Source: Candidatus Zixiibacteriota bacterium (GTDB taxonomy: Bacteria; Electryoneota; B3-LCP). From it: a DNA stretch of 64,000 nucleotides. Below are positions 1 to 9,740 of the stretch, in pieces. A model generated the notes under the pieces. That model was not told the DNA's origin, did no database searches, and saw nothing but the letters and a program-made list of their open reading frames with translations. The DNA is taken from the NCBI GenBank assembly GCA_003599535.1, contig QZKQ01000033.1:48837-112836 (forward strand). The letters run 5' to 3'. The translations under genes were made by a program, and so were the position numbers. Every line of letters begins with the position of its first letter. Position 1 is the stretch's first letter.

Positions 1-378
1 GAAATGAGCTTCCAGCCCGGCGACGTGACCATCGAGCGCGCGCCGCTGGAAAACTGGGCCGCGTCCAGCGAAGAAGGTCTGACAGTGGCCCTGGACCTGA
101 ACATGACGGAAGAACTGCTGGACGAAGGCCGGGCCCGGGAGCTGGTGCACCTCATCCAGAACCTGCGTCGCGCCGCCGACCTGGAAGTCACCGACCGTAT
201 TCGGATCCACTACCAGACGGAATCGGAAATGGATCGCGCCGTGCAGGCCCACCGCAACTGGATCCAGACCGAGACTCTCGCGGTTGAACTGACGGCGGAC
301 GGTTACAAGAATTTAGGCGCTTCCAAACCTGAGAAAATTGACCGCTTCGACGTATATCTTACAATTGAACGAGTCTGA
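1..378 (+). CDS. ileS: isoleucyl-tRNA synthetase, C-terminal fragment (gene begins upstream of window)
   Basis: Frame-1 ORF is open from nt 1 to the stop at 376-378. The tail (..LDEGRARELVHLIQNLRRAADLEVTDRIRIHY..) looks like the IleRS C-terminus. lspA lies downstream, as in the classical ileS-lspA arrangement. Confidence 0.8.
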   Translation, partial: EMSFQPGDVTIERAPLENWAASSEEGLTVALDLNMTEELLDEGRARELVHLIQNLRRAADLEVTDRIRIHYQTESEMDRAVQAHRNWIQTETLAVELTADGYKNLGASKPEKIDRFDVYLTIERV

Positions 379-458
379 AGCGGCGCCGAAACACACTATT
401 GCCGGACCCCGGATCCACCCTGCTATTGGATGAACACCCGAATTTAATGGAGAAAGCG

Positions 459-872
459 ATGCCCAAGAATACAGCCAAAAAGCCCGTTCTGTTCAGCAAG
501 GACGACCTTCCCTACTTCGAAAAACTCATCCTCGTGAAGCGGGAGGAACTGCTGAAGGAACTGGGATACTTGAAGGAGAACTCCCTGGAACAGTCCTTCA
601 CCGACTACACCGGAGAAATCTCTACCTACTCCTATCACATGGCGGACCAGGGAACCGCGGCCCAGGAACGGGAGAAAGCATTCCTGTTCGCCTCGCGGGA
701 AGGCAAGTACCTGTCCTACCTGGACCGGGCCCTGGAGCGGATCAAGGCTGGGACGTACGGTTTCTGCCAGGAATGCGGCCAGCCCATTGCCAAGGCACGC
801 CTGGAAGCTGTGCCCACCGCCCGCATGTGCATCAACTGCAAGGCCAAGCAGGAAGAGTCCGGAACTCCCTGA
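459..872 (+). CDS. DksA/TraR-family C4 zinc-finger protein
   Basis: Lies within ORF 399-872. C-terminal four-Cys finger CQECGQPI...CINC. Start set at ATG 459 because GGAG lies 6 nt upstream; ATG 447 is an alternative. Confidence 0.8.
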   Translation: MPKNTAKKPVLFSKDDLPYFEKLILVKREELLKELGYLKENSLEQSFTDYTGEISTYSYHMADQGTAAQEREKAFLFASREGKYLSYLDRALERIKAGTYGFCQECGQPIAKARLEAVPTARMCINCKAKQEESGTP

Positions 873-906
873 TCCGGATCATTGCGGTAATACCTCGGGA
901 GTTCCG

Positions 907-1422
907 TTGAAACGCATCGTCACGTTGTTCTGGCCCGCGTTCCTGGTGCTGCTTCTGGATCAGATCACCAAGCTGAGCATTCGTCTAAGCCTGGCGCCGG
1001 GGGAATCCATCCCGGTGCTGGGGCCGGATTTCTTCCTGCTGACGCACGTCAGAAACACCGGAGTGGCCTTCGGATTGCAGCCGGGAGGCATCGTGTTCCT
1101 GGCCCTGTTCAATGCCGCCGCCTCTCTGGGACTGATATACCTGCTGCTGCGCTCCAGCCGCCAAACCACCGCCGAATCGCCCCGCCTGGTGCAGTTCGCC
1201 CTGGCGCTGATCCTGGGGGGCGCCTTGGGCAACCTGATAGACCGCGTGGCTTTCGGCCGCGTCACCGACTTTCTGGACTTCGACTTCCCCAACTTCATCA
1301 TGACCCGCTGGCCGGTGTTCAACATTGCCGATTCCGCGGTGCTCATCGGAGTAACCTTGTGGAGCTTCTACCTGCTGTTTGCGCCCCAACGCAAGCCGAG
1401 GGAAGACGCTTCGCAGGCCTGA
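907..1422 (+). CDS. lspA: lipoprotein signal peptidase II
   Basis: LspA motifs LLLDQITK, NTGVAFG, LGNLIDR and FNIADS. The ORF-track start at 787 overlaps the upstream gene. TTG 907 preceded by GGGAG is the likely start. Confidence 0.88.
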   Translation: MKRIVTLFWPAFLVLLLDQITKLSIRLSLAPGESIPVLGPDFFLLTHVRNTGVAFGLQPGGIVFLALFNAAASLGLIYLLLRSSRQTTAESPRLVQFALALILGGALGNLIDRVAFGRVTDFLDFDFPNFIMTRWPVFNIADSAVLIGVTLWSFYLLFAPQRKPREDASQA

Positions 1423-1501
1423 GCCCGGGCCTGTCCGGGTCCCGCCGCAGGGACCGGAAACAGATGCGCGGGAGAGACTTGGCGCGACCGGAGGCATCTT
1501 C

Positions 1502-1975
1502 ATGCCGTTCCAGGAACTCACCGCTCAATACGGCATTTACGCGGTCACCTTTCTCGTCTGCCTGGCCAGCGGAGTGGTGCCCGTCCTGAACGCCGAAGCC
1601 TACCTGATCTTCGCTTCCGCCGTGTCCCCTCCCGCCGCTATCCTCCCCCTTATCCTGCTCGCCACCATGGGTCAGATGTCGGCCAAGGCCGCGCTGTACA
1701 CCACCGGATTGGGCGTGGTCAAGCTACCCCTGCGCAACCACGCCGAACGCATGGAGCGCGTCCGGCGGAAGTTCGAGCGCTGGAAGGGCCGCACCAACAC
1801 CTTCGTGTTTCTCAGCGCCCTGACCGGGTTTCCCCCCTTCTACACCGTCAGTATGCTGGCCGGTGCGATTCGCATAAGCTTCAACCGCTTTATGGTCTTC
1901 GGGTTCGTGGGCCGCTTCTTACGGTTCGCGGCCTGCGTGCTGGGCCCGCAAATCGTGGCCTGGTGGATGAAATGA
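1502..1975 (+). CDS. YqaA/DedA-like (VTT/SNARE-associated domain) membrane protein
   Basis: Hydrophobic 157-aa product starting MPFQELTAQYGIYAVTFLVCLASGVVPVLNAEAYL. Start ATG 1502 inside ORF 1379-1975. Overlaps the PLD gene by 13 nt. Confidence 0.55.
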   Translation: MPFQELTAQYGIYAVTFLVCLASGVVPVLNAEAYLIFASAVSPPAAILPLILLATMGQMSAKAALYTTGLGVVKLPLRNHAERMERVRRKFERWKGRTNTFVFLSALTGFPPFYTVSMLAGAIRISFNRFMVFGFVGRFLRFAACVLGPQIVAWWMK

Positions 1976-3069
1976 ACGCCCGTCTGCTGGTAGACGCCCC
2001 GGAATTCATGGATCACTTGGAAGCGGACCTCCGCGCCGCCCGGGATCGCGCCTACATTCAGGCCATGACCTTCGAAGCCGACGCCGCCGGCCGGCGCCTG
2101 GCCGAGGCGCTGCTGGCCTGCCCGGCGCGGGACCGGCGCCTGCTGGTGGATTCCTTCATCCGCTACAAGATCAGCGACCGCTTTCTGTTCACCCCTGCCG
2201 GCCGGCTGAACCGGCCGCTGCGCCGGGAAGCGCGGGATACCCTCGCCCTGCTGGAACGCCTGCGGGCGGCGGGCGTAGACGTGCGCTTCACCAACACCGA
2301 CCGCCCTCTCCCCGTCCGCTTCCTGACCTGCAACCACAAGAAAATGGCCGTCCTGGATGGTCACGCGGCCTACTTCGGCGGGATCAACTTCAGCGACCAC
2401 AACTTCGCCTGGCACGACATGATGATCCGCCTGGAAGATGCCGCGGCGGCGGACTTCCTGGCCGGCGACTTCCTGGCTACGTGGGCAGGACGCACCGGCT
2501 GCCGCCGGGGACAGTTCGACGGGGTGGAGATCCACCTCCTGGACGGGCGCGGCAACGAGGCGGCTTTCGCGCCGCTCTTCGAGCGGCTGCGCGAGGCCCG
2601 GCGGGAAGTGTGGGTGGAGAGCGCCTACCTGACCTTTCCCTTCTTCGATCCCCTGCGGGACCTGCGCCGCCGGGGCGTGGCTGTCACCCTGATCACCCCT
2701 CGGGACAACAACAAGCGCTGGGTGGGGCATTACATTCGTTGGGAAGCGACCCGCTCGGGAGTGGACCTGAGGCTCTACTGCGGGCGAATGCTGCACCTGA
2801 AAGCCATGTTGATTGACGGCGACTGCCTGGTGGCGGGGTCGTCCAACTTCGATTACCTGAGCTACCGCACGCAGCCGGAAATCGTGGCGGTGGTCACGCA
2901 TCCCGGGGTGGTGGCCGACTTCCGCCGCCGGGTAATCGAGCGGGACCTGGCCTGCTGCGAAAACGGTGGGATCGAATTCTCCTGGCGGGGCCGGACGGTC
3001 CACTGGGGGATTCAATCCGTGGGGCGGGCGGTGACGGGATGGGGAAAGGGATCCGGGGCGCGTGAATGA
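1963..3069 (+). CDS. phospholipase D-family protein (cardiolipin/phosphatidylserine synthase-like)
   Basis: Two HKD motifs: NHKKMAVLDG..GGINFSD and LHLKAMLIDG..GSSNFD. Confidence 0.85.
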   Translation: MDEMNARLLVDAPEFMDHLEADLRAARDRAYIQAMTFEADAAGRRLAEALLACPARDRRLLVDSFIRYKISDRFLFTPAGRLNRPLRREARDTLALLERLRAAGVDVRFTNTDRPLPVRFLTCNHKKMAVLDGHAAYFGGINFSDHNFAWHDMMIRLEDAAAADFLAGDFLATWAGRTGCRRGQFDGVEIHLLDGRGNEAAFAPLFERLREARREVWVESAYLTFPFFDPLRDLRRRGVAVTLITPRDNNKRWVGHYIRWEATRSGVDLRLYCGRMLHLKAMLIDGDCLVAGSSNFDYLSYRTQPEIVAVVTHPGVVADFRRRVIERDLACCENGGIEFSWRGRTVHWGIQSVGRAVTGWGKGSGARE

Positions 3070-3101
3070 CAGTCAAGAATCCGTCGTGAGATGGACAAAT
3101 G

Positions 3102-3216
3102 CCTATCCCACCTCCCATCTTTCCATCTTCTAATTTTTCTTTTTCCTTTTTCCCTTTTCCAATTTCTTTCCCTTCCCTCTCCCCCACCCTCCTGTTATTC
3201 TCCTCACATTTCCCCC
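3102..3216 (+). repeat. about 115-nt polypyrimidine (CT-rich) low-complexity tract
   Basis: cctatcccacctcccatctttccatcttctaatttttctttttcc...ctcccccaccctcc. Almost purine-free on the plus strand. It is the complement of the purine-rich heptamer-type tracts seen in other spacers. Confidence 0.8.
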
Positions 3217-3311
3217 GCCGGATATTGCAATCCATTGATTTTTCTTGCATTCGCCGGATACGGAAACCATACCCCGCGGAATATGCGTATAATGCCCGAA
3301 TCAGGAAGCAC

Positions 3312-3340
3312 TTGATTCGGGTGTTGATTTGTATTACATT
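3312..3340 (+). promoter_or_regulatory. sigma70-like promoter upstream of kbl (TTGATT-17-TACATT)
   Basis: -35 TTGATT at 3312-3317, 17-nt spacer, -10 TACATT at 3335-3340, 48 nt before ATG 3389. Overlaps the CCCGAAT..ATTCGGG hairpin at 3295-3321. Confidence 0.45.
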
Positions 3341-3388
3341 AATAGGATTTCACTTCGGTATTTCCCCCTTCTCGTTATAGGGTTCACA

Positions 3389-4576
3389 ATGTACGCGAAA
3401 CTGAAAGACTTGCTGACTCAGGAACTGGACGCCTTCCGGGCTTCCGGGCTATACAAGGAAGAACGGGTCATCGAATCGCCCCAGGGGCCCCGGATTACGG
3501 TCAAGGGACGGCCCCTGCTGAACTTTTGCGCCAACAACTACCTGGGGTTGTCCTCCCACCCCAAAGTCATCGAAGCCGCCCACAAGGCGCTGGACGAGTG
3601 GGGTTACGGCATGTCCAGCGTACGCTTCATCTGCGGCACCCAGGAGATTCACAAGCAGCTCGAGCGCAAGGTGGCGGACTTCCTGCGCCAGGACGACGCC
3701 ATCCTCTACGCCGCCTGCTTCGACGCCAACGGCGGGGTGTTCGAACCATTCATGTCGGAAGACTGCGCCATCATCACCGACGCGCTGAACCACGCCTCCA
3801 TCATTGACGGGGTGCGCCTGACCAAGGCCCAGCGGCTGATCTACCAGCACGCCGACATGAATGACCTGGAAAACAAGCTGAAGCAGTCCCGGGACGCCAT
3901 GTTCCGCATGATCGTCACCGACGGGGTTTTCTCCATGGACGGCGACATCGCCCACCTGAAGGAGATCTGCATGCTGTCGGAATGGTACGAGGCCATCGTC
4001 ATGGTGGACGATTCCCACGCCACCGGGTTCATCGGGCCGACCGGGCGCGGCACCCCGGAATACTGGGATGTGGAGAGCAAGGTGGACGTCATCACCACCA
4101 CCTTCGGCAAGGCGCTGGGAGGCGCTTCCGGGGGCGCCACGGTGGGGCACCGGGAGATGATCGACATGCTGCGGCAGCGCAGCCGGCCCTACCTGTTTTC
4201 CAATACGCTGGCTCCGGCCGTCGTGGGCGCAACCCTGGCGGTCCTGGATCTGCTCTCGGAATCGGACGACCTGCGCAAGAAGCTGCAGCTTAACACCAAA
4301 TACTTCCGCGACGGCATGGCCCGCCTGGGCTTCGACATCCGGCCGGGAGTGCACCCGATTGTACCGATCATGCTCTACGAAGCCAAGGCGGCGGTGGAAC
4401 TGGCCTCCCGGCTGCTGGACGAGGGGATCTACGTTATCGCCTTCTCCTACCCGGTGGTGCCCAAGGGCCAGGCGCGCATCCGGGTGCAGATCTCGGCGGC
4501 GCACGAACAGGACCACTTGGACCGGGCGCTGGAAGCGTTCGGCAAGGTGGGAAGGGAACTGGGAGTGATCGGATAG
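3389..4576 (+). CDS. kbl: 2-amino-3-ketobutyrate CoA ligase (glycine C-acetyltransferase)
   Basis: N-terminus [42 protein letters not shown] and the alpha-oxoamine synthase PLP fold are typical of Kbl. Start ATG 3389 inside ORF 3329-4576. Confidence 0.9.
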   Translation: MYAKLKDLLTQELDAFRASGLYKEERVIESPQGPRITVKGRPLLNFCANNYLGLSSHPKVIEAAHKALDEWGYGMSSVRFICGTQEIHKQLERKVADFLRQDDAILYAACFDANGGVFEPFMSEDCAIITDALNHASIIDGVRLTKAQRLIYQHADMNDLENKLKQSRDAMFRMIVTDGVFSMDGDIAHLKEICMLSEWYEAIVMVDDSHATGFIGPTGRGTPEYWDVESKVDVITTTFGKALGGASGGATVGHREMIDMLRQRSRPYLFSNTLAPAVVGATLAVLDLLSESDDLRKKLQLNTKYFRDGMARLGFDIRPGVHPIVPIMLYEAKAAVELASRLLDEGIYVIAFSYPVVPKGQARIRVQISAAHEQDHLDRALEAFGKVGRELGVIG

Positions 4577-4975
4577 CTTTCGCCTCGGGGGACTTGCCTT
4601 CTCCTCGCTTCAGAATCGCAGATTTTCGCTGACTTATCTGATTATGCAGATAACGTTGCCGCCAGGATTGAAGCGGGAATTCTTGCGCCGCTCCCGAAAA
4701 GAAGGAGGCGAAGTTATCTTGTGCAGATTGGTTAAGAGGTTAGAGTAGCGATTCCTGGCGGCGATGCTCTTTTGTCAGAATCACGGATTAAACGGTAGTA
4801 ACGGATTAAACGGATATGGTTCGACCCCGCTGGGTCGTGATGGAGGAGAGAGCCTTGTCTCCACCCTTGGGGGTGGCTACCCATGTTAATCCCCTTCGGG
4901 GATGGAATCTTCTGGCTCCTGGCTCCTGACTCCTGTTCTTCTGCCTTTTGACTCCCGAATTTTGGATTCTTTACC
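4577..4975 (-). repeat. modular hairpin-rich intergenic mosaic, copy A (inverted orientation)
   Basis: The reverse complement carries the same module order as copies C/D/G. Modules: heptamer tract CAGGAGTCAGGAGCCAGGAGCCAGAAG (4909-4950), CCCCGAAGGGG hairpin, AATCCGT repeats ending ..GTGATTCTGAC (4775-4789), GCCGCCAGGA/TCCTGGCGGC stem (4658-4762), and a second ATCTGCGATTCTGA-like end (4610-4623). Confidence 0.8.
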
Positions 4976-5680
4976 ATGCCACTGGTAGAACTGCGCGACG
5001 TTTATAAGACCTTCCAGAACGGGGTCGCTCCGGTGCCCGCGGTGCAGGGCGTCAGCCTGGCGCTGGAGCGGGGCGAATTCGCCGCTCTGGCCGGACCTTC
5101 GGGATCGGGCAAGACCACCGTGTTGAACCTGATCGGCGGCCTGGACCGGCCCACCGAAGGGCGGCTGTTTTTCGACGGCCGGGACATTTCCGAGCTCCCC
5201 GAGACGGAACGCACTCAACTGCGCCGCCGGCGCATCGGCTTCATTTTCCAGACCTTCAGCCTGATCCCGGTGCTGTCGTCGGTGGAAAACGTGGAGTTGT
5301 CCCTGGCCCTGCTGGGGTTCACCACCACCGACATGCGCCGGATGTCCCTGGAAATCCTCGAACATGTCGGATTGAAGGGGCTGGAAAACCGCCGCCCGGC
5401 GCAGCTTTCCGGCGGCCAGCAGCAGCGGGTGGCCATCGCTAGGGCGCTGGTCAAGGACCCCGAGATCGTTCTGGCCGACGAGCCCACCGCCAACTTGGAT
5501 CATGACACCGGCGCGGAGATCCTGGACTTGATGGCTGATCTGAACCGCACCCAGGGCACCACCTTCCTGTTCTCCACCCACGATCCCAAGGTCATGGAGC
5601 GCGCCCGCCGGTTGATTCTCCTGGACGACGGGCGCGTAGTGTCCGACCGGACGGTTCCTTCCCGCGGCGAAGGCACATGA
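4976..5680 (+). CDS. ABC transporter ATP-binding protein (LolD/MacB-type)
   Basis: Walker A GPSGSGKTT, signature LSGGQQQRVAIARAL, Walker B IVLADEPTANLD. Confidence 0.9.
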   Translation: MPLVELRDVYKTFQNGVAPVPAVQGVSLALERGEFAALAGPSGSGKTTVLNLIGGLDRPTEGRLFFDGRDISELPETERTQLRRRRIGFIFQTFSLIPVLSSVENVELSLALLGFTTTDMRRMSLEILEHVGLKGLENRRPAQLSGGQQQRVAIARALVKDPEIVLADEPTANLDHDTGAEILDLMADLNRTQGTTFLFSTHDPKVMERARRLILLDDGRVVSDRTVPSRGEGT

Positions 5681-6954
5681 GAGGCGACTGGATCTTCGCC
5701 GCGCGGCTGGCTTTCCGCAGCCTGGGACGCAACCGCAAGCGCAGCGCCATCACCCTGGCGGCGGTCGGCCTGTCGGTGGCCTTCCTGTTTCTCGAGCTGG
5801 GTTTTGTGGCCGGCCTGGAAGAGCAGTCGGTCAACACCCTGATTGACCAGGATTACGGCCACCTGAAGATCGTGCCGCCGGATTACGACCCCATGGAGCC
5901 GGTTTACGACAGCCTGCTGGCGGTGGACGATTTTCCCCCGTCCCTGCTGGACCTGCCCGGGGTGACCGCGGCGGCCCCCCGTCTGAAGTTTCCCTCCCTG
6001 GTGTCCGACGGCCTGGACCAGTTCCCCACCCTGGGGTATGGTCTCGACCTGGAGCGCGACGTGGAGGTATTCGCCCTGGATCAGACGCCGCTGATTGGGC
6101 GATTCTGGGCTCCGGGCGAGCGGGGGATCGTCATCGGCGGCGGGGTAGCGGAAACCTTCCGCCTGGACCCGGATTCCGTGGCCGCGGGCGGGGTTTTCCT
6201 GACGCTGGTGGGGCGCAGCGCGGCGGGCGCCTATGGGGCCTTCGACCTGCCGGTGCTGGGGGTCATCCGCACCGGTTACCCGCCCATTGACCGCAGCGGC
6301 GTGCTGGCCCCCCTGGAGCTGGCCCAGGAGCTGCTGGCGGCGCCGGGCCTGGTGTCGGAAATCACTCTGCGGATGGAGAGCGTATCCAGCGGTGACACGG
6401 ATCGTCTGCAGGCGGCCCAAAAGGCGTTGCAGGTGCGGTTGTCCCAAGCCGGCTTGCAGGCCGAAGTCTGGACTTGGCGGGAGCTGGCGGCCGACTACCT
6501 GGCCATCCTGAACGTGCGCAAGGTGTCGTCCAACATCGCCTCGTTGTTCTTCGTGTTGATCGCGGTCATGGGAGTGGCCAATTCCGTACTGATCGCGGCC
6601 TTTGAACGGACCAAGGAGGTGGGCATGCTGCGGGCCCTGGGCATGCGCTCCACGGAAATCATGTGGCAGTTCCTGTACGAAGGGGCGGTGTTGGGGCTGG
6701 TGGGGGGAATGATCGGGGGCGCCCTGGGCGGAGCGGCCGTGCTCTACCTGCAGCAGGTGGGCCTGAACCTGACCGCGCTGTACGGGGACATCGAGTTGGC
6801 CCTGCCCATCAAGGACGTGCTGTACGCCCATTTCCGGCTGGACCATTTGCTGGCCATGATCGCCGGCGCCACCCTGCTGTCGGCCCTGGCGGCGTACTTC
6901 CCCGCCCGGCGCACGGCGAAGCTGAATCCCGCGGACGCGCTAAGGGCGAAGTAA
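5677..6954 (+). CDS. ABC transporter permease, FtsX/MacB (LolC/E-like) family
   Basis: ATGA overlap with the ATPase gene. N-terminal TM, large periplasmic domain, and a C-terminal FtsX-type 3-TM bundle (..RTKEVGMLRALGM..). Confidence 0.85.
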   Translation: MRGDWIFAARLAFRSLGRNRKRSAITLAAVGLSVAFLFLELGFVAGLEEQSVNTLIDQDYGHLKIVPPDYDPMEPVYDSLLAVDDFPPSLLDLPGVTAAAPRLKFPSLVSDGLDQFPTLGYGLDLERDVEVFALDQTPLIGRFWAPGERGIVIGGGVAETFRLDPDSVAAGGVFLTLVGRSAAGAYGAFDLPVLGVIRTGYPPIDRSGVLAPLELAQELLAAPGLVSEITLRMESVSSGDTDRLQAAQKALQVRLSQAGLQAEVWTWRELAADYLAILNVRKVSSNIASLFFVLIAVMGVANSVLIAAFERTKEVGMLRALGMRSTEIMWQFLYEGAVLGLVGGMIGGALGGAAVLYLQQVGLNLTALYGDIELALPIKDVLYAHFRLDHLLAMIAGATLLSALAAYFPARRTAKLNPADALRAK

Positions 6955-6996
6955 AAAAATGAAAAGTGACAAAGTGCCTGCTTGCGTCAATTCCCC

Positions 6997-7038
6997 CGCC
7001 TCTCGCATCTCGGATCTCGCCTCTCGGATCGCGCATCT
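6997..7038 (+). repeat. heptanucleotide-periodic tract (CGNNTCT)x6
   Basis: cgcctct cgcatct cggatct cgcctct cggatcg cgcatct. A related tract lies at about 29400-29470. Confidence 0.75.
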
Positions 7039-7454
7039 TGAAAAAAAACTCCCCCCGCCCCAACCACCTGGAACGAGGGGATGCACCGAGATGAGCATCG
7101 CGAACCAACCACGCTATCAAATTACTCTTCTCCGGTGACGGTGTCAAGCCCTATTTGGGCTATTCTGGCCGGCGCCGTATTCCGCTTGGAGCGGCGCTGC
7201 CGGTTTCTTGCTTTGCCCGGTCTCAGGATACGGAAACCGGAAGTGCCGGGAAAGCGCTTCCGCCGGTTGCATCCCTTTCGCCCCGCCAAACAGGGATCCC
7301 GCCGCCCGGCAGCATTGTTTAACCATTGAATTCATCTTTCTTCCCGCCTCGCGCTAGGTCCCTGCAGCCATCGCTCGCAGTTTCCTTCAAGCCCTTTTCA
7401 GGGGCCCTTTCCGCAAGGCCGCGCCCGGGGGAGTAAAACCCCGAAAAAACCGTC

Positions 7455-8432
7455 ATGCATCAAGCCGAGTATTACCACCTCGAATCCTCCCGCCTGGTCT
7501 GCGACCTCTGCCCCCACGGCTGCAAGCTGCGGGAGGGGCAGGCGGGCGTCTGCCGGGTCCGGCGCCGCCAAGGCAACCGGCTGGAGGTGGACAACTACGC
7601 CCAGGTCGCTTCCCTGGCCCTGGACCCCATCGAGAAGAAGCCGCTGTACCACTTCCGCCCCGGATCGCTGATCCTGTCGGCTGGAGCCAACGGCTGCAAC
7701 CTGAAGTGCGCCTTCTGCCAGAACGCCGAAATCTCCCAAGGCAGCGTGCCCACCCGCCACCTGCCCGTGGAAGCGCTGGTGGAAGCGGCCGGAACCCGCG
7801 GTTCCATCGGAGTGGCCTTCACCTACAGCGAACCGCTGATGTGGTACGAGTACATCCTGGAGGCCGCCGCCGAACTGAAACGCCGGGACTATGCCGTGGT
7901 GCTGGTCACCAACGGCTACCTGTCGGAAGCTCCCTTCCGCCGCCTGCTGCCCCTGGTGGACGCCCTGAACGTGGACCTGAAGTCGCCGTCCCGCGATTTC
8001 TACCGCAAGCTGTGCAAGGCCGACCTGGAACCGGTGCAGCGTAACATCCGCCTGGCGCACGAAGCGGGGGTACACGTGGAAATCGCCCACCTGGTGGTCA
8101 CCGGCTGGAACGACAACGACGAATCCATCCAGCGTACGGCCGCCTGGATCGCCTCCGTCAGCGACGAGATTCCGTTGCATCTTTCGCGCTACTTCCCGCA
8201 TTACCGGTACGCGGAGCCGCCCACCTCGGAGGCCTTCCTGTTTCACGCTCTGGATTTAGCCCGGCGGGAACTGAAGTTCGCGTACCTGGGTAACATTGCG
8301 GGAGGCGGCAGCGACACGCTGTGCCCGGATTGCGGCGCGATAGTCATCGAGAGGCGCGCTTACCGCACCCGGGTCCTGAATCTGCGGGACGGGGCCTGCG
8401 CCCGCTGCGGCCGCTCACTGCCCGTGCGGTAG
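7455..8432 (+). CDS. AmmeMemoRadiSam-system-type radical SAM enzyme (PFL-activase-like)
   Basis: CNLKCAFCQN radical-SAM cluster preceded by CDLCPHGCKL..GVC. The N-terminus MHQAEYYH..LxDxxVxCxLCPHxC pattern is typical of this family. Confidence 0.75.
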   Translation: MHQAEYYHLESSRLVCDLCPHGCKLREGQAGVCRVRRRQGNRLEVDNYAQVASLALDPIEKKPLYHFRPGSLILSAGANGCNLKCAFCQNAEISQGSVPTRHLPVEALVEAAGTRGSIGVAFTYSEPLMWYEYILEAAAELKRRDYAVVLVTNGYLSEAPFRRLLPLVDALNVDLKSPSRDFYRKLCKADLEPVQRNIRLAHEAGVHVEIAHLVVTGWNDNDESIQRTAAWIASVSDEIPLHLSRYFPHYRYAEPPTSEAFLFHALDLARRELKFAYLGNIAGGGSDTLCPDCGAIVIERRAYRTRVLNLRDGACARCGRSLPVR

Positions 8433-8451
8433 CGAATCGCGCATTGCTTCC

Positions 8452-8480
8452 TTGCATCTTCCCCGCCGCTGTTGTACATT
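8452..8480 (+). promoter_or_regulatory. sigma70-like promoter (TTGCAT-17-TACATT)
   Basis: -35 at 8452-8457, -10 at 8475-8480, 28 nt before GTG 8508. Confidence 0.4.
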
Positions 8481-8507
8481 TAACCCGTTCTGTGGAGATA
8501 CCAGCCG

Positions 8508-9740
8508 GTGCATTCCACCATCTTGAAAATTCTGCTTCCCACGGTGTTGCTGGGGGGACTGATCCTGTCGGGCTGTACCCAGAAGGATACCGCCGTCGGC
8601 TCAGGACTGGCTCCGGGGCTGAATGATCTGTACCCCCAGGAGAAGATCATCTACCCGGAAGCGACCGCCTTCTACCAGGTGCTGTCCACCACCGGAACCA
8701 GCCCCTACCTGTACCTGGGAAAGGCCCAGGGGTACAGTTCCGACGCCCTGGTAAGGTTTTCCCCCGATTCCAGCGTCCTGCCTGACAGCTTCGCGGTAGA
8801 CAGCCTGAAGGTCCGGCTGTTCCTGGACAGCGTCGTCACCACCGGTACGGAACCGCTTCCGGTGGCGGTGCATTTCGTCAACCGGGCGCAGGAATGGACC
8901 GAAATCGGGGCCACCTGGAACACCCTGGATTCCCTGGAGCTGGACGGCTCCTTCACCACGTTCGAAATCGCCGCCACCCTGCCCGAAGACAGCTCCTACA
9001 GCTTCGCCTTGCCCGACAGCATCCTCGAGGCATGGGAATGGGTGGGCAACGGCGACAAGACGCTGCACTTCAACAACGGCCTGCTGCTGATGGCGCAGGG
9101 GGACGGCGATCACCTGGTCCGGCTGCGCTCTTCGGAACATGCCGGGATCAGCAAGCGGCCGCAGTTGGAGATGTACCTCACCATCTTCGATTCCACTGAC
9201 AGCCTGGGCGCCACGGCGGTGGACACCATGCTGGTACTCTACGCCACGGCGGACGCCTTTCTGGCGCAGGACAGCACCGAGCTGGACACCTCCTATCTCT
9301 ATCTCGGCAACGGCGCCGCCTACCGGAGCCTTTTCCGGTTTGACCTGGAAGACGCATTCGACACCTTCGGGACGGGCCTGCACCGCGCCGAACTGGTGCT
9401 GCACGCCGACACTACCCATCCTCTGAAATTCGACCAGATCACCAGCGCCTTCTACCTGACCATGGAAGACACCTCCTGGCTGGTGGATCCCGCCGCCGCG
9501 CCCATCGCGCCTAACAATTTCCCCGTGTTCGCGCCCTACGATGCGGAAAACGGCGTATTGACCCTGACCATGACCGCCCAGGTGGCGGACTGGATCGCCG
9601 AACCCGAAACCAATCTTGGCTTCCTGGTCCGGTCATCCAACGAGAATCACAACATTTCACGCGCAGTGTTCTACGGAACGGAAGCGGATTCCTCCCTGCG
9701 GCCGTATCTGCGGGTGGTTTACCTGGAGAATGAGCCATGA
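8508..9740 (+). CDS. lipoprotein of unknown function (two beta-sandwich-like halves, DNRLRE-like pattern?)
   Basis: Signal peptide with lipobox LILSGC. Repeated pattern ..LVRFSP..LKVRLFL.. and ..LFRFDL..AELVLH... GTG start. Confidence 0.6.
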   Translation: MHSTILKILLPTVLLGGLILSGCTQKDTAVGSGLAPGLNDLYPQEKIIYPEATAFYQVLSTTGTSPYLYLGKAQGYSSDALVRFSPDSSVLPDSFAVDSLKVRLFLDSVVTTGTEPLPVAVHFVNRAQEWTEIGATWNTLDSLELDGSFTTFEIAATLPEDSSYSFALPDSILEAWEWVGNGDKTLHFNNGLLLMAQGDGDHLVRLRSSEHAGISKRPQLEMYLTIFDSTDSLGATAVDTMLVLYATADAFLAQDSTELDTSYLYLGNGAAYRSLFRFDLEDAFDTFGTGLHRAELVLHADTTHPLKFDQITSAFYLTMEDTSWLVDPAAAPIAPNNFPVFAPYDAENGVLTLTMTAQVADWIAEPETNLGFLVRSSNENHNISRAVFYGTEADSSLRPYLRVVYLENEP

